Assembly: GCA_963791065.1 (NCBI GenBank)
Contig: CAWBQN010000006.1
Coordinates: forward strand, 36,319-100,318
DNA length: 64,000 nt
Reading direction: 5' to 3'
Source: an uncultured Bacteroidales bacterium
Lineage (GTDB): Bacteria; Bacteroidota; Bacteroidia; Bacteroidales; VadinHA17
The position numbers were made by a program, and so were the translations under genes. The notes under the pieces were generated by a model, which ran no database searches, was not told where the DNA came from, and saw nothing but the letters and a program-made list of their open reading frames with translations. This document shows, piece by piece, positions 35,780 through 43,788 of the stretch; position 1 is the first letter of the stretch, and the number at the start of each line of letters is the position of its first letter.

Positions 35780-36565
35780 CTAAAATGAAACCATTCTTCT
35801 TACTCTTCTGTCAAAAACAGCCATTTCAGTGAATCCAATATACCTCAATAGCTCATACGCCTCATCAAAATACTGTCCAATCCTTGAAGGCATGTGGGCG
35901 TCCGAATTTACACAAACCGGAACATTCTCTTCCCTGAAAATATGTAGATACCGCCGGTCGGGGTAAAAGTCGGCAATGGGTCTGTTTCTCCCATTGGTAT
36001 TGACCTCAAAGGCAACGTTGTGTGATTTCATTGATCTGGCCAGCTTCCGGTAGAGTGGACCAAGGTCGGCAGAAGGTTTGTAGCCATAAATTCTTATAAG
36101 GTCGCAATGTCCGATTATATCGAAAATATCCGATTCTACTGCCGCAATTACAGAGTTAAAATACGATTCAAACAGCACGTCAATGCTTTTTCCTTCATAA
36201 AATTCAGGACCGATATCTACCGTTTTCTCGCCTAGATAATGAACTGAACCAATAATATAATCAAGGGGCAAAGAACTAAGGTAATCGGATATCTCTTTTT
36301 CTTTTCCCGCGAAAAAATCGACTTCCAGACCGATTTTTAGTTTAATACCAGTAATGTTTTTACGAAGTTTTTCCAGGTGATCAATATAGGGTGACAGGTT
36401 AACCGGATTCATATTCCAGTCCTCAAGATCCTTGAATAATGTAAGATGTTCTGAAAATCCAATCTCGCTGAGTCCGGCAGTGATTGCCGGCGAGATATAG
36501 TCCTCAGGCGCCGATCTTCCATCACTGTAATTGGAATGCATATGATAATCCGTCCTATAGATCAT
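35780..36565 (-). CDS. PHP-family histidinol-phosphatase-like protein
   Basis: DYHMHSNYSDG metal motif near the N-terminus. Start placed at ATG 36565, because the ORF start at 36604 is a TTG. Confidence 0.8.
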   Translation of the reverse strand: MIYRTDYHMHSNYSDGRSAPEDYISPAITAGLSEIGFSEHLTLFKDLEDWNMNPVNLSPYIDHLEKLRKNITGIKLKIGLEVDFFAGKEKEISDYLSSLPLDYIIGSVHYLGEKTVDIGPEFYEGKSIDVLFESYFNSVIAAVESDIFDIIGHCDLIRIYGYKPSADLGPLYRKLARSMKSHNVAFEVNTNGRNRPIADFYPDRRYLHIFREENVPVCVNSDAHMPSRIGQYFDEAYELLRYIGFTEMAVFDRRVRRMVSF

Positions 36566-36664
36566 TCGGGTAATATTGACTCTAAAGTTTTTTTGGCCGT
36601 TCAAATTAGGATCAAATTTGTCAATAAAACAAATTGAAGATTGACAATGTGATCAGGAAATTGA

Positions 36665-36672
36665 TAATTTTG
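36665..36672 (+). promoter_or_regulatory. candidate -7 promoter box (TAATTTTG) for the Crp/Fnr gene
   Basis: Matches TAnnTTTG, 16 nt upstream of the GTG start at 36689. Confidence 0.35.
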
Positions 36673-36688
36673 TGAAAAAATAAAAAGA

Positions 36689-37384
36689 GTGAACGAAAAG
36701 AGAAGACCATGCTCATGCGCTAGTTGCGATTTCAGGGATGTAGTTTTTTCCTATCTAAATGATGAGAGCGTGGAAGACCTGTGCGATCATAAGACTGAAC
36801 AGTTTTTTCGCAAAGGAGAGATAATAAATCACGAAGGAGAAAAAATCAGTAATTTTAAATATCTGAAGAGCGGACTGGTCAAACTATACAGGAGAACATC
36901 AACAGGTGAGGAGCAGGTAATTACCATTACAAGGCCATTTGAGTTTGTAAGCAATATGAGCATTTTTTCAGAGGAAAGGTATCAGTACTCTGTTTCTGCA
37001 CTTGAAGATTCAGTTGTATGTATGGTAAAGCTTGACTTTATAAAAGAGCTGTTTTTAAAAAATGGGGGATTTGCAATGGGCCTTCTTACCAAGATCTCAA
37101 GGATAAATGATAAAATAATCTCCCAGACACTCGATATACGACAAAAAAACCTTATCGGAAGAGTGGCTTTCGTACTACTTTATTTTACAAATGAAATTTA
37201 TAAATCGCGGGTTTTCGACCTGCCTGTTTCACGAAAGGAAATAGCTGATTATATTGGCATGAGTACTGCAAATGTGATAAGAACGTTATCGGAATTTAAA
37301 AAAGAAGGGATTATAAGGGTCTTTGGTAAGACTATCGAGGTTGTTGATGTAGGAAAACTCGAAATCATTTCAAAACATGGCTGA
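36689..37384 (+). CDS. Crp/Fnr-family regulator with FNR-like cysteine pattern
   Basis: cNMP-binding-like barrel plus C-terminal HTH (RKEIADYIGMSTANVIRTLSEF). Cys8, Cys10, Cys13, Cys32 and Cys111. Confidence 0.85.
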   Translation: MNEKRRPCSCASCDFRDVVFSYLNDESVEDLCDHKTEQFFRKGEIINHEGEKISNFKYLKSGLVKLYRRTSTGEEQVITITRPFEFVSNMSIFSEERYQYSVSALEDSVVCMVKLDFIKELFLKNGGFAMGLLTKISRINDKIISQTLDIRQKNLIGRVAFVLLYFTNEIYKSRVFDLPVSRKEIADYIGMSTANVIRTLSEFKKEGIIRVFGKTIEVVDVGKLEIISKHG

Positions 37385-37465
37385 TAAATACTTTTTCACG
37401 GTGTAATAACTCTTTTTGGAATAATATTAAAAATCCATACTTTAGAGGCCTTAATTTTTAAAATA

Positions 37466-38698
37466 ATGGAATCAAATAAAAAGCAAAAGATCATGGCAAC
37501 TCAGAAATCGTCAAAGGGTATTATTGCTATTCTTACCGGTGGAGGCGATGTCCCCGGACTAAATCCGGCAATCAGGGCCGTAACAATCCGCGCAAACCGT
37601 GAAGGGTACAAAGTAATCGGACTTAGAAGGGGATGGGCCGGAATTACGGAATTAATCAGAGATTCCAAGGCTGACAATAGTAACAACTTCCAGATTCTTA
37701 CTGATGATATAGTCAATAAGGCGGGACGTACAGGAGGAACTTTTCTTCATACCTCCAGGACCAGGCCGAGTCATATGTCAAAAAGCAGCGTGCCTGAACA
37801 TCTTCAGAGTACTTATAATGCTGAAATGAATGATCTTACTCCGGAAATAATCAAGAACCTGGAATGGCTCGGAGTTGATTATCTGATTCCGATCGGAGGT
37901 GATGACACTCTCAGTTACGGTGTTCACCTTTACAAGAAAGGAGTAAATGTCGTTGCTATTCCGAAAACTATGGATAATGATGTTCCGGGAACTGACTACT
38001 GCATAGGATTCAGCACTTGCGTTACCCGCACAATTCAGATGACTAACAGTCTGAGAACTTCCGCAGGTTCACATGAACGGCTCCTGGTCCTTGAAGTATT
38101 CGGAAGATATGCCGGATTCACTGCAATGCTGCCAACTATGGCAGGTGCCGCAAACAGGTGTGTTATACCGGAATATGAGTTTGATATCGAACTGCTCACA
38201 AAACTGCTTGTCGAAGACAGGAATCATAATCCAAGCAGATATTCTGTTGTACTGGTTTCAGAAGGCGCCATGTTCAAAGGAGGTGAAATGATCTTTTCTG
38301 ACAGCGAAAAGGATGCCTATGGTCATGCCAAACTGGGAGGAATTGGCGACATGGTTTCTGCAAAGCTTAAAGACCTGTCAGGGAAATATAATAATGGAAA
38401 GACAATTAATGTAATAAACCAGAAGCTTGGCTACATGGTACGCGGAGGTGATCCTGATGCACTCGACTCTATCGTTCCGATGGCATATGGAAATCTGGCC
38501 CTTGACCTGATTCTCAAAGGTGTTCATGGCAGAATAGTTGTACTTAAGAATGGCCGATATGATAATCTTCCAATTGATGTGGTTACTTCATCAAAGAAAG
38601 TAGTTAAAGTATCGGATTACTATAATGTTGAAAGGCTCAGACCATATTATCACAGTTTTGAGATGAAACCTTTCCTTCTGATGGCATCAGATAATTAA
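37466..38698 (+). CDS. phosphofructokinase, predicted PPi-dependent
   Basis: PFK-A family blocks LTGGGDVPGLN, IGGDDTL and PKTMDND. Asp147 and Lys167 sit at the two positions that discriminate PPi from ATP enzymes. Confidence 0.88.
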   Translation: MESNKKQKIMATQKSSKGIIAILTGGGDVPGLNPAIRAVTIRANREGYKVIGLRRGWAGITELIRDSKADNSNNFQILTDDIVNKAGRTGGTFLHTSRTRPSHMSKSSVPEHLQSTYNAEMNDLTPEIIKNLEWLGVDYLIPIGGDDTLSYGVHLYKKGVNVVAIPKTMDNDVPGTDYCIGFSTCVTRTIQMTNSLRTSAGSHERLLVLEVFGRYAGFTAMLPTMAGAANRCVIPEYEFDIELLTKLLVEDRNHNPSRYSVVLVSEGAMFKGGEMIFSDSEKDAYGHAKLGGIGDMVSAKLKDLSGKYNNGKTINVINQKLGYMVRGGDPDALDSIVPMAYGNLALDLILKGVHGRIVVLKNGRYDNLPIDVVTSSKKVVKVSDYYNVERLRPYYHSFEMKPFLLMASDN

Positions 38699-38725
38699 CG
38701 CATTTAATAGTTTTGACCGCAATAT

Positions 38726-38754
38726 GTAGAGACGCCCAATTTGGGCGTCTCTAC
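38726..38754 (+). terminator. palindromic element GTAGAGACGCCCA-att-TGGGCGTCTCTAC, probable pfk terminator
   Basis: Perfect 13-bp stem with a 3-nt loop, 28 nt after the pfk stop, followed by gtgtttt. Confidence 0.5.
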
Positions 38755-38764
38755 GTGTTTTAAT

Positions 38765-38787
38765 GAGACGCCCAGATTGGGCGTCTC
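38765..38787. repeat. second, shorter copy of the GAGACGCCCA palindrome
   Basis: gagacgccca-gat-tgggcgtctc, a 10-bp stem. Confidence 0.8.
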
Positions 38788-38797
38788 TACTCGTTTA

Positions 38798-39760
38798 ATG
38801 AATTTTCTTACTTTTGTTTCAAATTATTATCACTTGGAAAAGGGAATTGTATTAAAATCTACAGGCAGCCGGTACAGGGTCCTTTATGAAGGAGAAAAAA
38901 TAATTGACTGTTCCATAAAAGGGAAACTAAGGATTAAGGAATTCCGCACTACAAATCCAATTGCCGTTGGTGATAATATCCTGTTTGAAATAGACAGAAG
39001 GTCAAACTCGGGAATTATTACCGAAGTTCTTGACCGCAGGAACTGGATCCTTAGAAAAGCTTCGAATCTTTCAAAACATTCACAAATTCTCGCAGCGAAT
39101 ATTGATCAGGTATTTCTCATGATCACTATAATTCTTCCCGAGACACCGATAGAATTTATTGACAGATTTCTCATAACAGCAGAGGCTTACCGCGTACCTG
39201 CAAGAATAATTATCAATAAGACGGATCTTTATGGAGAGGACGAGCTGGCAAGGATGGAATTCATCGAGTCGTTGTATAGCAGAATTGGTTATGATTGTAT
39301 AAGGCTCTCCCTGAACAAACTGTCAAACCTCGATGCTCTGAAAGATCTGATGAAGGGAAAAACAAGCCTGATTTCAGGTAATTCCGGAGTTGGAAAAACG
39401 ACGCTGTTAAATGCCTTCGATCCTCGACTTAACCTGAAAACCGCCGCTATCTCAGATTATCATAAACAGGGAAAGCACATTACCACCTTTCCCGAGATGC
39501 ACCGGATGCCTTTTGGCGCTTTCCTGATCGATACTCCGGGGATAAAGGGTTTTGGCGTGGTCGATATGGAACGAAGTGAGATCTACCATTTCTTCCGCGA
39601 GATATTTTTAAAATCGAAAGAGTGCAGGTTTAATAATTGTCTTCATCTTGACGAACCGGGTTGTGCTGTAAGAAGTGCCGTGGAGACTGGGGAAATCGCC
39701 TTTCTCCGGTACAAAAGCTACCTGAATATTATGGAGGGAGATAATGGCAGGTACCGGTGA
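38798..39760 (+). CDS. rsgA: ribosome small-subunit-dependent GTPase A
   Basis: OB-fold N-terminus, GNSGVGKTTLLN P-loop and C-terminal zinc knuckle CRFNNCLHLDEPGC. Start moved to ATG 38798 because the ORF's first 19 codons translate the palindromes. Confidence 0.9.
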   Translation: MNFLTFVSNYYHLEKGIVLKSTGSRYRVLYEGEKIIDCSIKGKLRIKEFRTTNPIAVGDNILFEIDRRSNSGIITEVLDRRNWILRKASNLSKHSQILAANIDQVFLMITIILPETPIEFIDRFLITAEAYRVPARIIINKTDLYGEDELARMEFIESLYSRIGYDCIRLSLNKLSNLDALKDLMKGKTSLISGNSGVGKTTLLNAFDPRLNLKTAAISDYHKQGKHITTFPEMHRMPFGAFLIDTPGIKGFGVVDMERSEIYHFFREIFLKSKECRFNNCLHLDEPGCAVRSAVETGEIAFLRYKSYLNIMEGDNGRYR

Positions 39761-39822
39761 AATGATATTATTGCATTATTAACTTATCTTTATAGGCTTT
39801 AGAAGATAAACATTTTGTTCAG

Positions 39823-42648
39823 ATGAGAAGGATCCTTATTCCCGTTTATTCAGCATTCCTGATAATTCTGCTCGCAAACTATTTCTATTATAAAAACCTG
39901 TATAATAAACAGATAGATTACATCATTAAATTACTCGACCGTCAGGTTCAGACTGTGGGACTTTCTGTTGACAGCACTAATTATTCATTTTTAAGCGATT
40001 TGAATCAGATAAGCTTCATGGAGGACCTTGATCTGTTTTTTAAAAATCCGGAAAGCCAGTATAAGACTAAGGAAAGGATGAAACTGTTTTTCTCCAAGTA
40101 CAATGATTTTGTGACCGGAATTAAATATTACGACAACAATAAGAATGAGTTCACTCTTAAGAAAGATAATGACAATAACAGCGGAGAATGGCTTGAACAG
40201 CCGTTTATTCTTCATGCTCAGGGCAAAATATATGACAAGGAATTACTGGTGCACGAAAACCAGAAATTTGATTACTATCTGCCTGTTTTAAAGAATAATC
40301 AGGCTATAGGCAATATTGTTGTCACTGTTGATTATCAGAAATACTTCTTTCAGATGTTTTCAGTATTTAACCTGAAAGATTATCAATGGCAGTGGGTGGT
40401 TACAGACTCCGGAACAATAATCTACGATAATAACAGAGGTCACACTTCCTACTCCCAGGTGGATAAAATTTCCAGAAGCCTGGCAGTCGGATCTGTTGCA
40501 AATATCATGCATTCTGCCACCATTGATAATCAGAAAGTTAAGATCATTTCGTCTTATTATTCAACTCAGCTTCTTCAACGGGAGTTGGGACTTGTCTTTT
40601 CTGCTCCGATTACTTTTTTTCAGAGATTGCTGATAAGAAACTCTCTTATAATCGTAATTGTCACATTACTTCTGATACAGGTGATAATCTATTTTTTCTG
40701 GAAGTACCTCAAGTCACAGAAGGCTGAAATGGATGGTTTAAGAACCTCCGAAAAAATGCTTTTCAAATTGATTGAAGAAATGCCCGTTGGTGTGATTGTT
40801 CACAATAAGAGCAGGGAAATTCTCAAAGCTAACAAGGTTGCAGCAGCTCAATATTCTTATTCGAGCGAATCAGAAATGAAAGGCAAGATCTTTCCTGAGA
40901 CATCTTTGCAGAGTGATAATGATTATTATTCGAAAAACCTCGGTGGTTCTTTCAATCCTGAACAATTTGTTATCATAAAGAAAGAAATAGGGGAGATCGT
41001 ACTTTACAGAAACAGCATACAGGTGATGTTCATGGGTGAGGAAGCTACCATGGAGATACTGATTGATGTTACAATGCTCGAATCTGCACGAAAGCAGGAA
41101 GCTAAAGCCAATGAAGCAAAATCTGAGTTCCTTGCCCGTATGAGCTATGAGATCAGAACTCCTCTGAACGGAATAATAGGAATGACTGACGTTCTTAAAA
41201 GATATCATCTCACTCCGGAAATTAAGGACATTGTAAGCCTCCTGCACCGGTCAACAGAGGTTCTCCTGAGCATAATAAATGATATCCTTGATTTCTCAAG
41301 GATTGAATCAGGTAAAATGATACTCGATGAAGTACCTTTCGATCTGAGAGAAGAGATTGCCTATTGTACTGACCTGGCAAGAACAAAAATTGATGATAAG
41401 AACGTGAAATTATTATGTACGGTTGACGATAATGTTCCCGAAAGCATAATTGGCGACCCGTTCAGGTTAAGGCAGATCCTGACCAACCTGATGAACCACT
41501 CTGTCAGAAATACTGAAAAGGGTGAAATCCATCTCAGGTGCATGCTTAAAAACAACAAAAACGGGATCATAAACCTGGGATTTGAATTGCTCGATACCGG
41601 CTTAAGCTTTGACAAAGCGAGCCTTAAAAAAATCTTTGGTGATTTTGTAAATATGGAATCCAAGAAAGTAAGGTCCAATGATGATTCGGAGTTCGGAACT
41701 ATTTTATCAAAACAGCTTGTTGAACTTATGGGGGGAGAACTATCTGCAGTGTCTCCATCAGGGTTACAAGGTGACCGCGGGACCAAAGTTACATTTACAA
41801 TACTTACATATTCAAACGACAGGCTGGTAAAAAATCTTTCACTTGAGACGCTTAAAACGTTTGACAAAATCAGAACACTGGTAATAACAGGTAATCAGAA
41901 CAGGGATGAAGAGATACTGGGGGCATTACACAGAATGGGACTTACAGTTACAATCACCACGTATCAAAGATCTACTGTAAGCCAGATCAGGGCCAATATT
42001 AATTATCCTGCAGAAAAATATAATCTGGTTATAATATTTGATGATGAGGAATTTAATGGCTTTGATGCTGCCAGGGCGATTTGGGAAAACAAGCTCTCAT
42101 CAAATTTCATTATGCTGATGATAAGTTCAAACGATATAAAAGGTAACTATCTTAACTGTATTACTCTTGGGATAGATCATTATCTTATAAAACCATTTGA
42201 TGTCAGCGAATTAATCAGTGTTATAAACAGTAGTTTCCCCTTTCTGGAGGAGCAGGCTTCTCCTTCTGAAATCGGCAGCGTAAGAAACGATGTCGGTATC
42301 CTGATAATTGAGGATAACAAGATGAATCAGAATGTTATAGGGACGCTTCTTAGAAGCCTTGGCTATACATATGATCTTGCAGATGATGGCTGGGCCGGCT
42401 ACCTTATGGCAAAGGACAAGAAATATGATTTGATCTTCATGGATCTGATCATGCCTGAAATGGACGGTTTTGAATCTGCACAGCGTATTATAAAGGTTGA
42501 CAAATCGGTTATAATTGTCGCTTTTACTGCTGATAATATGCCTGAGACTAAAATGAAAGCTGAACTTTCAGGAATTAAAGATTTTATTTCCAAACCAGTC
42601 AGGATCGATGAACTCAAGAGGCTTTTTGCACGATATTTCAAGAAATAA
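39823..42648 (+). CDS. hybrid sensor kinase-like protein with degenerate kinase core, pseudo-receiver and canonical receiver
   Basis: TM, periplasmic region of about 250 aa, TM, PAS-like region, then a DHp with SYEIRTPLN (Tyr442, codon 41146-41148). The CA domain lacks N/G1/G2 consensus. Two REC-like domains, of which only the last is canonical. Confidence 0.85.
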   Translation: MRRILIPVYSAFLIILLANYFYYKNLYNKQIDYIIKLLDRQVQTVGLSVDSTNYSFLSDLNQISFMEDLDLFFKNPESQYKTKERMKLFFSKYNDFVTGIKYYDNNKNEFTLKKDNDNNSGEWLEQPFILHAQGKIYDKELLVHENQKFDYYLPVLKNNQAIGNIVVTVDYQKYFFQMFSVFNLKDYQWQWVVTDSGTIIYDNNRGHTSYSQVDKISRSLAVGSVANIMHSATIDNQKVKIISSYYSTQLLQRELGLVFSAPITFFQRLLIRNSLIIVIVTLLLIQVIIYFFWKYLKSQKAEMDGLRTSEKMLFKLIEEMPVGVIVHNKSREILKANKVAAAQYSYSSESEMKGKIFPETSLQSDNDYYSKNLGGSFNPEQFVIIKKEIGEIVLYRNSIQVMFMGEEATMEILIDVTMLESARKQEAKANEAKSEFLARMSYEIRTPLNGIIGMTDVLKRYHLTPEIKDIVSLLHRSTEVLLSIINDILDFSRIESGKMILDEVPFDLREEIAYCTDLARTKIDDKNVKLLCTVDDNVPESIIGDPFRLRQILTNLMNHSVRNTEKGEIHLRCMLKNNKNGIINLGFELLDTGLSFDKASLKKIFGDFVNMESKKVRSNDDSEFGTILSKQLVELMGGELSAVSPSGLQGDRGTKVTFTILTYSNDRLVKNLSLETLKTFDKIRTLVITGNQNRDEEILGALHRMGLTVTITTYQRSTVSQIRANINYPAEKYNLVIIFDDEEFNGFDAARAIWENKLSSNFIMLMISSNDIKGNYLNCITLGIDHYLIKPFDVSELISVINSSFPFLEEQASPSEIGSVRNDVGILIIEDNKMNQNVIGTLLRSLGYTYDLADDGWAGYLMAKDKKYDLIFMDLIMPEMDGFESAQRIIKVDKSVIIVAFTADNMPETKMKAELSGIKDFISKPVRIDELKRLFARYFKK

Positions 42649-42659
42649 ATCTATTGATC

Positions 42660-42710
42660 CTTTGTGAACCTTTGTAATAACCTTCGTGTCCCAAAAAGGA
42701 AGATACAAAG
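42660..42710. repeat. CTTTGTG-type array with inverted partner
   Basis: ctttgtg 42660, ctttgta 42670, cttcgtg 42682, and an inverted tacaaag at 42704-42710. Confidence 0.7.
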
Positions 42711-42719
42711 TAACACCAG

Positions 42720-42733
42720 GTGAACGAGTTCAC
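42720..42733. promoter_or_regulatory. 14-nt palindrome GTGAAC-ga-GTTCAC upstream of selU
   Basis: Perfect 6-bp arms, 18 nt before ATG 42751. Confidence 0.3.
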
Positions 42734-42750
42734 TCTTCTGAAATTAATTC

Positions 42751-43788
42751 ATGACTATTAATAAAATTAATATTATCAGCTTTCTGGAGCTTTCTGAAGT
42801 AACTCCGGTTGTCGACGTAAGATCTCCTTCTGAATTTAATTTTGGCCATATTCCCGGAGCAGTTAATATTCCTCTTTTTAATGACGAAGAACGGAAAGCA
42901 GTCGGGACCAAATTCAAAAAGGAAGGACGAATGCCCGCAATCCTGGAAGGGTTGAAACATACAGGTCCCGATCTCTTTGCCAAACTGCAACAGGGCCTGA
43001 AGGTTGCAAAAGACGGAAAACTTCTGGTTCATTGCTGGAGAGGCGGAATGAGATCGGAAGCTATGGCGTGGCTTTTTTCACTTGCTGATCTCGGGGTCAG
43101 TGTTCTTGATGGAGGGTATAAGTCTTATCGCCGGCTCGTTTCAGAAAGTCTTTCTGAGAGAAAAAAAATGATCATTCTCGGGGGTATGACAGGAAGCAGT
43201 AAAACACTTATTCTCAGGCATATAAAATCGGCAGGGCATCAGGTGGTTGATCTTGAGAAGCTTGCAAATCATAAGGGCTCTGCTTTCGGAGCACTTGGAC
43301 AACCACCCCAGCCTACGTCCGAGCAGTTTGCTAATCTGCTGTTTAATTCATTAAAGGGATTAGACAGCAATCTACCTTTCTGGGTAGAGGATGAAAGCCG
43401 GAATATAGGTTCAGTTTTTATGCCGGATTCTTTTTATCTTAATATGCAGGCTTCGATTTCCATCGTCCTGGTAATGGACGTAAATTCAAGGCTGCCACTA
43501 CTTATGGAAGAATATTCGTCATATCCGCCGCAATTACTTAAAGCTTCTATAATAAAGATCAGCAGACGGCTTGGAGGTGATAAAACGAGTGATGCTGTCA
43601 CTGCAATTGAAAATGGCGATTTTGCGAAGGCTATTGAAATTGTACTTTATTACTATGATAAAGCATATTTGTTCGGACTAAAGAAGAAGGACAGTAAAAA
43701 CATTATTTATGTAAATGCAGATTCCGATGATATAGAAGCTAACGCTTTAAAAATACTGGAAGCATCAGGGAAGATTAAGTGGCTCTGA
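42751..43788 (+). CDS. selU: tRNA 2-selenouridine synthase
   Basis: Rhodanese domain with HCWRGGMRS (Cys95, 43033-43035) followed by the P-loop GGMTGSSKT. 345 aa. Confidence 0.88.
   Translation: MTINKINIISFLELSEVTPVVDVRSPSEFNFGHIPGAVNIPLFNDEERKAVGTKFKKEGRMPAILEGLKHTGPDLFAKLQQGLKVAKDGKLLVHCWRGGMRSEAMAWLFSLADLGVSVLDGGYKSYRRLVSESLSERKKMIILGGMTGSSKTLILRHIKSAGHQVVDLEKLANHKGSAFGALGQPPQPTSEQFANLLFNSLKGLDSNLPFWVEDESRNIGSVFMPDSFYLNMQASISIVLVMDVNSRLPLLMEEYSSYPPQLLKASIIKISRRLGGDKTSDAVTAIENGDFAKAIEIVLYYYDKAYLFGLKKKDSKNIIYVNADSDDIEANALKILEASGKIKWL

Noticed and set aside
38741-38797. N-terminal extension of the rsgA ORF (MGVSTCFNETPRLGVSTRL).
   Set aside because: It is encoded entirely by the two GAGACGCCCA palindromes, hence the duplicated GVST. 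The listed start is not ATG, and ATG 38798 gives a normal RsgA N-terminus.
41361-41867. 168-aa ORF antisense to the hybrid kinase gene.
   Set aside because: It is a shadow ORF inside a gene whose sense frame has clear domain homology. The antisense product is Ser/Leu/Phe-rich with no recognisable motif or start context.
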